DNA of 64,000 bases from Betaproteobacteria bacterium (GTDB lineage: Bacteria > Pseudomonadota > Gammaproteobacteria > Burkholderiales > SG8-39), in assembly GCA_004297625.1 (NCBI GenBank), contig SCTY01000028.1, forward strand, positions 8,848 to 72,847, read 5' to 3'. Positions 30,632 through 38,912 of this stretch are shown here, one piece after another. Each line of letters opens with the position of its first letter. Positions within the stretch are counted from its first letter, which is position 1. Made by a program: the position numbers and the translations under genes. The notes under the pieces are model-generated. The model searched no databases, had not been told where the DNA came from, and was given only the letters and a program-made list of their open reading frames with translations.

Positions 30632-31008
30632 CAGTACGTCATCACCTTGCAGTCTTCTTCCATCACCTCTTCGATGAGGTGCGCGCCGCCGACCACGCCC
30701 TCGCACTCGGGGATGAGGTCGCCCTGCGTCATGTTGAAAAGGTCGAGGTTCGGCGAGCAGCAGTAGAACTTGACGCCCGCCTCGTGCGCTTCCTTGATGA
30801 AGTCGTACACCGACTTGGGCGAGCCCTCCTTGACGAAGAGCTTCTCGGCGACGCCTTTCTTCATCAGGCGCCCGGCGGTCGCGGTGCAGATGACCTCGAC
30901 CTCGTAATCCATGGCGGCCGCGACCGACGCTTGAAAGATCGGCGCGCCCAGCTCCTCGCCGTTGCGCGGGTCGGTGTTGGCCATGACGATGACCAGCTTC
31001 TTAGACAT
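30631..31008 (-). CDS. dsrE3: DsrE3-type sulfurtransferase (DsrE family)
   Basis: 125 aa, MSKKLVIVMANTDP...KFYCCSPNL. First gene of the shdr operon, preceded by a GAGGAGG RBS. Confidence 0.85.
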   Translation of the reverse strand: MSKKLVIVMANTDPRNGEELGAPIFQASVAAAMDYEVEVICTATAGRLMKKGVAEKLFVKEGSPKSVYDFIKEAHEAGVKFYCCSPNLDLFNMTQGDLIPECEGVVGGAHLIEEVMEEDCKVMTY

Positions 31009-31025
31009 CGCTTAGTTCCTCCTCG

Positions 31026-31069
31026 GAATATGCTCAGAATATATTAGAAAAATCTAAAACTCAAATCCA
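31026..31069 (-). promoter_or_regulatory. Putative promoter/operator of the dsrE3-shdr operon
   Basis: This is the only AT-rich spacer in the cluster. On the transcribed strand it reads TGGATT-17 nt-TAATAT, with the inverted repeat TTAGA-N4-TCTAA inside the spacer and a GAATAT direct repeat downstream. Confidence 0.35.
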
Positions 31070-31107
31070 CTCATTGTCGCGCCCGCTCATGCTGCATCGC
31101 AACGAAA

Positions 31108-31806
31108 TTAGACGGAAACGTTGATCCAGCCGGTGAGCTGGACGAGCCCGGTCATGATCGGCACCAGCGCATCTTCGATGTCGCGCTGGACGGCTCTCAG
31201 TCGCGCGAGTCCTGTTGCCACCTCCTGCGGCGCTTCTTCGAACTCCATGATGAGATCCTCGACCATCGCGACCTTCAGGCCCGGATGGCCGGCAAATCCG
31301 AACGCGCGGGCGCCGACTTGCCAGAGCGCTGCGCGGCCCTTCTCGTCGCGCGCGAGGATTTCGGCGTGCGCCGGCGGCACCGGCCAGTCGCGCATGTAGA
31401 TGGCGAGCGGATATTCGGGCGGCAGGTAGCCGCTCAAAGCCTTTTCGCTGACTCTTGCGGCTTTTCCTACCGAAAACTCGAGAGCCGAAGGTTCGGAGCG
31501 GCCGCCGGCGGCGATGGCGAGGATCTGCGCGCCGAGCCCGACGCCGACGATCGGCAGCTCTTTCTCAAGGCATTTCGTCGCGAGCAGAATCTCCTGTGAA
31601 AGCGTAGGCACGTCGCGCGTGCCGGCGCTGCCCCAAGGGCCGCCGCCGAGAAGGATCAGCCCGTCGCCGAGCGCGTCGGGCTTGGGCAACGGCGTCTTGC
31701 CGGCGAACGGGCGGCAGTAGCGAAAGCGCATGCCCCGGCCCTCGAGGTGATCCTCGATGAGCCCGAGGTACTCCGCCGAAGTGTGCTGAACGACCTGAAT
31801 AGTCAC
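31108..31806 (-). CDS. Class-I glutamine-amidotransferase-like protein lacking the catalytic Cys
   Basis: 232 aa with a GATase1 fold. The nucleophile elbow reads GVGLGAQ instead of G-x-C-x-G-x-Q, and the HPE position reads GHPG. Confidence 0.8.
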   Translation of the reverse strand: MTIQVVQHTSAEYLGLIEDHLEGRGMRFRYCRPFAGKTPLPKPDALGDGLILLGGGPWGSAGTRDVPTLSQEILLATKCLEKELPIVGVGLGAQILAIAAGGRSEPSALEFSVGKAARVSEKALSGYLPPEYPLAIYMRDWPVPPAHAEILARDEKGRAALWQVGARAFGFAGHPGLKVAMVEDLIMEFEEAPQEVATGLARLRAVQRDIEDALVPIMTGLVQLTGWINVSV

Positions 31807-31823
31807 GTCGAGCCAGCGAGCCT

Positions 31824-33032
31824 TTAGTCCTTTTCCACGATGCGCAGCTGGCGGCGGATCTTGCGCAGGTCGTGGCCGTTCGGCGGGAACGGGTAACTCG
31901 CGATGTTCGAGGGCGGCGAATCGCCGTATGGCCGGTCGCAGGCCGACACGTCGTCGCGGAACTTGCCGGGGCAGCCGGAAGTGCGGAAGGCCACGCCTTC
32001 CCCGATGATTTTTTCCAATTCATCTTTTGCAACACCAAAATCGACGACGCGCCCGTTACCGTCGAACTTCATGCGCTCCGCGCGGCCGCCCTTGTAATCG
32101 ATGAGATAGCGCCCGAGCTGCACCCGGCGCCACTGGTCGCGCGGCGTCGCGGGCAGGTGGTCCATGAGCGAGCCGTTCTCGGGGAAGAAGCAGAACATGT
32201 GGCTGTGGCCGCCGAGGTCGACGAGCTTCTGCACCAGCACCAGGACGTCGCGCTCGGTCTCTCCCATGCCGACGATGATGTGCGCGCCGAATTTCTGCGG
32301 CCCGAAAACGTCGCGCGCGTCCATGAGGATTTCCCAGTATTTCGCCCACGAGTGCGGCGAGCGCACGCCCTTGCCGCGCGTACGCTCGAAGATCTCCGGC
32401 GTCGCGGCGTCGAGCGCCACGGTGAAGATATCGGCGCCGAGATCCTTCAGCCGCTTCACGTCTGCGCGCGTCATCGTGGTCGGATTGGACAGGATCGACA
32501 CCGGAATGGTCTTGGGATCGATGCGGTCGGTCCACTGCTTGAGCACCGTGCGCGTGTCCTCGTCGGAGCGCGGATGCGTGATCATCGAGATGCACATGCG
32601 GTGGAACGGGCTCTTCGCCGGATCGCGCGCGACGATGTCGATCGTCCTCTGGAGCGGCACGGCCGGCCAGTCGACACGAATGAAGTTGCGATCGGCGTAA
32701 TCGCGCTCGGCTTCACGATGGCGTGCGAGCCCGCAGTACGCGCAGTTTGCGCGGCAGCCCTCCGGATAGGTGAGCAGCAGATTGAGGCAGCGCGTGCACG
32801 CCGTACGGTGCATCCGGCCGTTCATGATGCCGAGCGTGATCCCAGCCGCCGTCGACATCTGCACGTACTGCGGCGAGCGCATGTTCGGCGTGAGGATGTT
32901 GTAGTTCGGCATGTACACGCCCTGCGGCGCGATGTCGTTCGCCTTGACGCGCGCGCCGTTCTTCAGCTCGACGGGAATGACCCCGGGCGCCCGCGGCGCC
33001 ATGGATTTGACCGGATGTTCGAAGCAGCTCAT
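31824..33032 (-). CDS. Radical-SAM protein, LipS1/LipS2-type lipoyl synthase component
   Basis: 402 aa from MSCFEHPV with the CRANCAYCG (CxxxCxxC) motif, in a shdr-lbpA lipoate-assembly context. S1 versus S2 is not assigned. Confidence 0.85.
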   Translation of the reverse strand: MSCFEHPVKSMAPRAPGVIPVELKNGARVKANDIAPQGVYMPNYNILTPNMRSPQYVQMSTAAGITLGIMNGRMHRTACTRCLNLLLTYPEGCRANCAYCGLARHREAERDYADRNFIRVDWPAVPLQRTIDIVARDPAKSPFHRMCISMITHPRSDEDTRTVLKQWTDRIDPKTIPVSILSNPTTMTRADVKRLKDLGADIFTVALDAATPEIFERTRGKGVRSPHSWAKYWEILMDARDVFGPQKFGAHIIVGMGETERDVLVLVQKLVDLGGHSHMFCFFPENGSLMDHLPATPRDQWRRVQLGRYLIDYKGGRAERMKFDGNGRVVDFGVAKDELEKIIGEGVAFRTSGCPGKFRDDVSACDRPYGDSPPSNIASYPFPPNGHDLRKIRRQLRIVEKD

Positions 33033-33043
33033 GTCGTTTAACC

Positions 33044-34063
33044 TTACGTCCAATACTCCGGGTAGGCGATCCAGCCGCGGCGCAGCGCGGCCTTTCCATG
33101 ATTGGAGCCGAGAAGCTCGCGCCGGCGGCGCATTGCGCGCTCCAGCGCCGCGCGATACACGTCCTCCAGCTCTTCTACGTAATCGGCTATTGCCCCGGTC
33201 GCAGCCGCCTGGCCCGCGAGCCTTCCCGAATGCACGGCGGCCGCGATGCCCGCGCCGGTGACCGGATTCGCGAGCCCGGCCGCGTCTCCCGCCAGCAACA
33301 CGACAGTCTTTTCCAAAGCCCCGTACGGCTCGAGCATGCCGCCTACCGGGATCGCGCCGCCAGTCAGGCGGACGATCTTCGCGCCGACGCGTCCTTCCTC
33401 GACCAGCTTCGAATGCAGCCGGGCGATGATCGGCTTGAGGCGCGCCTTGTGCCGCGGAACGACGCCGGCGCCGAGGTTCGCCACGTCGCCCTTCGGAAAC
33501 AGCCAGCCGTAGCCGCCGGGAATGCCGCGCGAAAGGAAGATATCGGTGGCGTGATACGGCTCGAGCAGGCCTACGGTGATCTGCCGCGTCTCGACGAGCT
33601 CGCTGTTCACGGCTCCGATCGCCTTGCCGGCGCGCGAGCGCGGGCCGTCGGCGCCGACGATGACGGGTGCGCTAAGTCGCCTGCCTGCGGCTTCGACGAT
33701 TCCCTCCCGGGAAATTTTTCTCACGTAGGAAGAAAAGCGCACCTGCGCGCCGGCGCGGCGTGCTGCTTCCACGAGCGCCGCGTCGAATGCGGCGCGGTCG
33801 AGCATGTGCCCCGGAAAATCCGGCTTTACGTCCGGCGCGTCATCCTCGACGAAGGTCGCCATCGCATCGATGCGCTGCCGGACGCTGCCGGAGAGCTCGG
33901 CGCCGATCATCGCAGGGACGAGCTCCGCGCACTGCACCGGCTTTCCGGGCTCGTGCTTGCGGTCGAGCGCGATCACCTTGCACCCTCGGCGCGCGGCTTC
34001 GGCCGCCGCGCTCGCGCCGGCGGGGCCCAGGCCAAGGACGATCACATCGGCCGTTTCCATCAC
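33044..34063 (-). CDS. Geranylgeranyl-reductase-like FAD-dependent oxidoreductase (LipT-like)
   Basis: 339 aa with the dinucleotide fold DVIVLGLGPAGASAAAEAARRG. It lies between the two radical-SAM genes and has a 4-nt overlap with the upstream gene. Confidence 0.85.
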   Translation of the reverse strand: MMETADVIVLGLGPAGASAAAEAARRGCKVIALDRKHEPGKPVQCAELVPAMIGAELSGSVRQRIDAMATFVEDDAPDVKPDFPGHMLDRAAFDAALVEAARRAGAQVRFSSYVRKISREGIVEAAGRRLSAPVIVGADGPRSRAGKAIGAVNSELVETRQITVGLLEPYHATDIFLSRGIPGGYGWLFPKGDVANLGAGVVPRHKARLKPIIARLHSKLVEEGRVGAKIVRLTGGAIPVGGMLEPYGALEKTVVLLAGDAAGLANPVTGAGIAAAVHSGRLAGQAAATGAIADYVEELEDVYRAALERAMRRRRELLGSNHGKAALRRGWIAYPEYWT

Positions 34064-35097
34064 AGCTTCATTTCAACGCGCGGATGAAGCTTGATCGTGC
34101 GGCCGGCCTTCATCGAGCAGCACGCATGCTCCTGCGCGGCCGGGCGGCCGATCGCGTGCGCCACGCCGAGCGCGCCGTCCGCCGGGAAAGCGATGCCGTC
34201 GAGGCCCGCCATCACGGCGTAGGCGTCGGTCACGCGCCGATGCATGCCGGGCGGGCGAGCGCAGCCCAGCAGCACCTGCCGCTCGGCGATTCTTGTTCTT
34301 GTCTCGATAAAAATGCGTCCGACGTCCGTCGTACTCGGCGTCGCAAAGGTGCCGGGCTTCGCGTAGAAGGGCATGATGACGACCAGCACGAGCGAATGAA
34401 TGCGCTGCCGGCTCACGATGTCGAGCGCCGCCGGCTCGCCGAGGATGCGCCCGTAGTGCAGGCCGATCACGATGTGCGGCACGACTTCCATCGGCGTGGC
34501 GCAAAGCGCGGCAAGCGTCGACTCGAAGTCGTCCACCGCGCGCTCGAGGTGATAGACCTCGCGAATGGTCTCCTGCGCACCGATCACGTCCATCATGGCG
34601 GTGTCGACGCCCGCGTCCGCCATGCTGCGCGCGCGCGGCGCATCGAGGAGCGCCGAGTGGATCGCCACCTTGAGGCCCGGATGGTCGCGCTTGAGGCGCT
34701 CGATCACCGGGTAGTAGCGCTCGTAGCGGATCTCGTTGCGGCGTGTCGATCCGCCGGAGAGCAGGAAACCCTGCAGCTCCTGCGTCGCGATCATCTCGCG
34801 CACTTTGCGCTCGAGCGTCTCCGGGCTCGTCGCCGGGATCATGGGCTCGAGGATCTTCGCCTGGCAGTGATCGCACATCAGCGCGCAGCCGCCCGCGGTG
34901 ACCGAGAACGCCGGGAAGCTGTTCTTGCCGCAGCCCTCGAGATCGCAGCTCGAATAGGCCTTGAAGGTGGGCGTCGAGAAGCGGATCGGCCGTCCTGCCA
35001 CGCGCGGTGCGGCGCGCTCGAACTCCCGGACGAGCTCCGGGTCGAGCGGCGCGTCCTCGAGCGCCTCGACGGCGGACAACTTTTCAAACCAGCTCAT
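34060..35097 (-). CDS. Radical-SAM protein, LipS1/LipS2-type lipoyl synthase component
   Basis: 345 aa from MSWFEKLSAV with the CALMCDHCQ (CxxxCxxC) motif. Confidence 0.85.
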   Translation of the reverse strand: MSWFEKLSAVEALEDAPLDPELVREFERAAPRVAGRPIRFSTPTFKAYSSCDLEGCGKNSFPAFSVTAGGCALMCDHCQAKILEPMIPATSPETLERKVREMIATQELQGFLLSGGSTRRNEIRYERYYPVIERLKRDHPGLKVAIHSALLDAPRARSMADAGVDTAMMDVIGAQETIREVYHLERAVDDFESTLAALCATPMEVVPHIVIGLHYGRILGEPAALDIVSRQRIHSLVLVVIMPFYAKPGTFATPSTTDVGRIFIETRTRIAERQVLLGCARPPGMHRRVTDAYAVMAGLDGIAFPADGALGVAHAIGRPAAQEHACCSMKAGRTIKLHPRVEMKL

Positions 35098-36166
35098 GGA
35101 TCTCCTTGCGCACCGGCCCCGGGCGCGGCGCGTCGGCGAGCGACGCGCGCCATTCGGGGAGCACGTCCTCCTCGTCGATGAGCTCGCATGCCAGCGGCGC
35201 GAGCACCGCCCTCGCTTCGTCGGGAAGGCTCGCGGGAATGACACGGCCGGACAACCGGCCCCACAGCCCGGACCAGTAGCGCGCGACCGTCCAGGGGTTG
35301 TAGCCGCCGCCGCCGAGAACCACTGCCACGGGCGCGGCCGCGGCAAGGCGCTCGGTCACCGACCAAAGGGCCACGTTCGAGAGCTGCATCGAGGAAAGCG
35401 GGTCGCCGGCGAGCGCGTCCGCGCCGCAAGTGATGACGACAGCCTCGGGCGCCACGCGTCGCGCGAGCGGCAGGACGATTTTCTCTGTTAAAAAATCGAG
35501 CTCGGAATCATTGAACGCGCGCGGTACCGGCAGATTGCGCGCGCGTCCGGCGCCGATATCCGACGCCGCACCCGTGTACGGCCAGCGGCCCGCCTCGTGG
35601 AGGGACACCGTGTGCACGCGCTCGTCGTTCTCGAACGCGTCCTGCACGGCATCGCCGTGATGCGCATCGAGGTCCACGTAGAGCAGGCGCTCGATGCCGC
35701 CGCCGAGCAGCGTGAGCATCGCGAACACCGGATCGTTGAAGTAGCAGAAGCCGCTCGCGCGGTCGGGGCGTCCATGGTGCGTGCCGCCGGCGGGATGAAA
35801 CGCCATGCGTCCTGCGAGCGCCAGCTCCGCCGCGCGGATCGAGCCGCCCACGCTCGTCGATGCGCGCTCGAAGACGCCGGGGAAAAGCGGGTTTTCCATG
35901 GTGCCGAGGCCGTAGCGCTGTCTTGCTTCGTAGGACACGCTTCCCGTTTCCGAGGCTGTGCGCAACGCTCTCACATAGTGCGGAGCGTGGAACGCCGTGA
36001 GTTGCTCCTCGCTTGCGCACGGGCTTACGGCGAACTCGCCTTCGCCGAACCAGCCGAGTGCCCGGCAAAGGTCGGTCGCGGTCTCCACGCGCGGTATCGC
36101 GAGCGGGTGGTGGCTGCCGTACGCGGCCTGCCGGTAGAGGTCGTGGCCGACGAACACCGGCGGCAT
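35084..36166 (-). CDS. Zn-dependent histone-deacetylase-family (AcuC/HDAC class I-like) deacylase
   Basis: 360 aa with an intact catalytic set: GGTHHG, DLDAHHGD, GADALAGD and GGGGY. Its stop overlaps the lipS start by 14 nt. Confidence 0.9.
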   Translation of the reverse strand: MPPVFVGHDLYRQAAYGSHHPLAIPRVETATDLCRALGWFGEGEFAVSPCASEEQLTAFHAPHYVRALRTASETGSVSYEARQRYGLGTMENPLFPGVFERASTSVGGSIRAAELALAGRMAFHPAGGTHHGRPDRASGFCYFNDPVFAMLTLLGGGIERLLYVDLDAHHGDAVQDAFENDERVHTVSLHEAGRWPYTGAASDIGAGRARNLPVPRAFNDSELDFLTEKIVLPLARRVAPEAVVITCGADALAGDPLSSMQLSNVALWSVTERLAAAAPVAVVLGGGGYNPWTVARYWSGLWGRLSGRVIPASLPDEARAVLAPLACELIDEEDVLPEWRASLADAPRPGPVRKEIHELV

Positions 36167-36178
36167 TTTTCCGGGAAG

Positions 36179-36406
36179 CTACTTGCGCTTCATGTAGAAC
36201 GTGAACTCCTTCTGCGCCTCGCTGTGCGAAAGGAGCTCATTGCCGGTCTGCTTGGAGAATGCCTGGAAATCTTTCACCGAGCCCGGGTCGGTCGCCACGA
36301 TCTTCAGCACCTGGCCGGCCTGCATATCGTTGAGCGCCTTTTTTGCGCGCAGGATGGGAAGCGGGCAGTTGAGGCCGCGGGCGTCGAGTTCTTTATCGAA
36401 GTTCAT
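36179..36406 (-). CDS. tusA: Sulfur carrier protein TusA
   Basis: 75 aa, MNFDKELDARGLNCPLPILRAKKAL, with the CPxP active-site motif. Confidence 0.92.
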   Translation of the reverse strand: MNFDKELDARGLNCPLPILRAKKALNDMQAGQVLKIVATDPGSVKDFQAFSKQTGNELLSHSEAQKEFTFYMKRK

Positions 36407-36440
36407 AAGGAAATACTAGTATGGGGGTCCATGGAAGTCA

Positions 36441-36716
36441 TCAGCCGAACCGCGCCAGCAGCTCGGCCACCTTGGCTGCGTGCTCCGTACGTCCCTGGCG
36501 CCCCGGAGCGGGCTCCTCGCGGATCATGCACGACACCATCTCGTAGAACGCGCGGTCGAGCGCCCTGCGCGCCGCGGCAAGCTGCTGCGCGATGCTCTCG
36601 CAAGGGTGGTCTTCCGCGATCATCCGCCGTACCGCGTGCACCTGGCCCTCGATGCGCGCCAGGCGCGCATCCATCGCCTTCTTGGCCTCGGGGTCGTGCA
36701 TCCGTGGGTCGTTCAT
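36441..36716 (-). CDS. CsoR/RcnR/CstR-family (DUF156) transcriptional repressor
   Basis: 91 aa, ...RLARIEGQVHAVRRMIAEDHPCESIAQQLAAARRAL...MVSCMI. Two Cys residues and no obvious Cu-type C-H-C triad. Confidence 0.85.
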   Translation of the reverse strand: MNDPRMHDPEAKKAMDARLARIEGQVHAVRRMIAEDHPCESIAQQLAAARRALDRAFYEMVSCMIREEPAPGRQGRTEHAAKVAELLARFG

Positions 36717-36726
36717 GGCGGCGCAC

Positions 36727-36744
36727 TATACACCACCGGGTATA
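36727..36744. promoter_or_regulatory. Candidate CsoR-family operator 1
   Basis: TATAC-accaccgg-GTATA inverted repeat in the 145-bp divergent spacer. Confidence 0.35.
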
Positions 36745-36820
36745 CAAAACGCTTTTTCTCTCATGATGCGTTGCCGCATAAGCGAAATAGCACGGTCCCA
36801 TCAGAGGAATTTTTTCACGC

Positions 36821-36837
36821 ATACTCCCCTCCTGTAT
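36821..36837. promoter_or_regulatory. Candidate CsoR-family operator 2
   Basis: ATAC-tcccctcct-GTAT inverted repeat with the same half-sites as operator 1, 25 nt upstream of the 36862 start. Confidence 0.35.
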
Positions 36838-36861
36838 TAACCTCAGCCGCGAAAGGGAATC

Positions 36862-37467
36862 ATGGCCACTACCACAGACCTCCAGTCGCTCGATCAATTG
36901 ATCGAACAACGCCTCGACGCGCTGCTGCCGAAGAAGCTCGCCGAGCTGCGCGAGAAGCAGACGCCCTCGCTGACGATCATTGCCACCAAAGGCACGCTCG
37001 ACTGGGCGTATCCCCCGTTCATTCTTTCGAGCACCGCAGCGGCGCTCGGCTGGAACGTGTCGGTGTTCTTCACGTTCTATGGATTGAACCTCCTGAAGAA
37101 GGACATCAGCGACCTCAAGGTGAGCCCGCTCGGCAACCCGGGCATGCCGATGAAGATGCCTTTCGGTCCCGAGTGGTTCAAGAGCATCAACTGGAACATC
37201 CCGAACGCGGTGCAGAGCATCGTGCCCGGCTTCGAGACGCTCGCCACCGCGCTCATGAAGCAGACCATCCACAACAAGGGCGTCGCCGGCGTGGAAGAGC
37301 TGCGCACCGCGTGCGTCGAAGGCGGCGTGAACCTGATCGGCTGCCAGATGACCGTCGATCTCTTCGGCTTCACGCGCGACGATTTCATTCCGGAAGTGAA
37401 GGAGTATTGCGGCGCCGCCACGTTCCTGCCGATGGCGCGCGACGCCGACGTGAGCCTATTCATCTGA
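36862..37467 (+). CDS. DsrE/DsrF/DsrH-like (DsrE_2) family protein
   Basis: 201 aa, ...LTIIATKGTLDWAYPPFILSSTAAALGWNVSVFFTFYGL...GVNLIGCQMT. Divergent from the CsoR-like gene. Confidence 0.75.
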   Translation: MATTTDLQSLDQLIEQRLDALLPKKLAELREKQTPSLTIIATKGTLDWAYPPFILSSTAAALGWNVSVFFTFYGLNLLKKDISDLKVSPLGNPGMPMKMPFGPEWFKSINWNIPNAVQSIVPGFETLATALMKQTIHNKGVAGVEELRTACVEGGVNLIGCQMTVDLFGFTRDDFIPEVKEYCGAATFLPMARDADVSLFI

Positions 37468-37494
37468 TCTAGACCGAAACCAAAGGAGGGGGAA

Positions 37495-38823
37495 ATGAGG
37501 AAGACACTGGTGGCCGCGGCCACCGCGGCGGCGCTCGTGCCCGCCATCGCAACGGCGACCGACGGCTATTTTTCGCACGGCTACGGCATGAAGTCGAAAG
37601 GCCGCGGCGGCGCCTCGACCGCCATGGCGACCGATAGCTTCGGCGGCGCAGTCAACCCGGCCACCATGGTATGGGCCGGCGACCGCCTCGATGTCGGCAT
37701 CGACTGGTTCAGCCCGAAGCGCAAAGCCGAGCGCACCGACAGCGCGGCCGGGATGAACGGTAGTGCGGACAGCGGCAGCGAGAACTTCCTCGTCCCGGAG
37801 TTCGGCTACAACAAGATGCTGAATCCGAGCATGTCGCTCGGCGTCACGGTCTACGGCAACGGCGGCATGAACACCGACTATCCCGGGGACCAGATCGCCG
37901 CCGGAAACCCGGTGTGCGCGGGCTTCAATCCCGGCTCCACCGGCCCTTACAACCTGCTGTGCGGCGACGGCAAGCTGGGGGTTGACCTCATGCAGCTCAT
38001 CGTCGCGCCGACCTTCGCCATGAAAGCGCTCGGCGGCAACCACTCGTTCGGCATCTCGCCGCTCCTCGGCTACCAGCGCTTCAAGGCCGATGGCCTGCAG
38101 GGCTTCCAGGGCTACACGCCCAACCCGGCGACCTTCGCCACCGACAACCACCTCACCAACCGCGGCTATGACACCTCGACCGGCTACGGTCTGCGTTTCG
38201 GCTGGATGGGCAAGGTGACCCCGACGGTGGCTCTCGGCGCGGCGTACTCGACGAAGATGAACATGAAGAAGTTCGACAAGTACCGCGACCTCTTCGCCGA
38301 CCAGGGCGACTTCGACATTCCGGAGAACTGGAACCTCGGCGTCGCGTTCAACGCCACGCCGCGCGTCACGATCGCCGCCGATTACCAGCGCATCAACTAC
38401 AGCGGAATCAATTCCGTCGGCAATCCCAGCACCAATGGCGGGCTCACGACGGTCGGCACGCTGGGCTGCAGCACCTGCCGGGGATTCGGATGGCAGGACG
38501 TGAACGTGATCAAGATCGGCGTCGAGTACCAGTACACCTCGGCGCTCACGCTGCGCGCGGGCTACAACCATAGCGACAACCCGATCCAGTCGCGCGACGT
38601 GACGTTCAACATCCTCGCGCCGGGCGTGGTGCAGGATCACCTTACCGCGGGCTTCACCTACGCGCTGAGCCAGTCGTCCGAGATCACGATGGCGTACATG
38701 CACGCGTTCAACAAATCGGTGACCGGCGCGAGCCTGTTCAACAACTGGGTCCCGGGCGCGGGCAACGAGAAGATCCAGATGCACGAGGACTCGCTCGGCA
38801 TCGCGTTCGGCTGGAAGTTCTAA
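37495..38823 (+). CDS. FadL/OmpP1/TodX-family outer-membrane channel for hydrophobic compounds
   Basis: 442 aa with a signal peptide, an aromatic-rich beta-barrel pattern, the NPA/NPS hatch region near the N-terminus and a C-terminal ...GIAFGWKF. Confidence 0.85.
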   Translation: MRKTLVAAATAAALVPAIATATDGYFSHGYGMKSKGRGGASTAMATDSFGGAVNPATMVWAGDRLDVGIDWFSPKRKAERTDSAAGMNGSADSGSENFLVPEFGYNKMLNPSMSLGVTVYGNGGMNTDYPGDQIAAGNPVCAGFNPGSTGPYNLLCGDGKLGVDLMQLIVAPTFAMKALGGNHSFGISPLLGYQRFKADGLQGFQGYTPNPATFATDNHLTNRGYDTSTGYGLRFGWMGKVTPTVALGAAYSTKMNMKKFDKYRDLFADQGDFDIPENWNLGVAFNATPRVTIAADYQRINYSGINSVGNPSTNGGLTTVGTLGCSTCRGFGWQDVNVIKIGVEYQYTSALTLRAGYNHSDNPIQSRDVTFNILAPGVVQDHLTAGFTYALSQSSEITMAYMHAFNKSVTGASLFNNWVPGAGNEKIQMHEDSLGIAFGWKF

Positions 38824-38912
38824 GGCTCAGGCCACCGGCACGGACTTGCCGAACTGCTCGGCGAGCAGGCTCTCGCCCTGGTCGAGGACGAAGTAGCGGA
38901 ACGACTCGGCCG

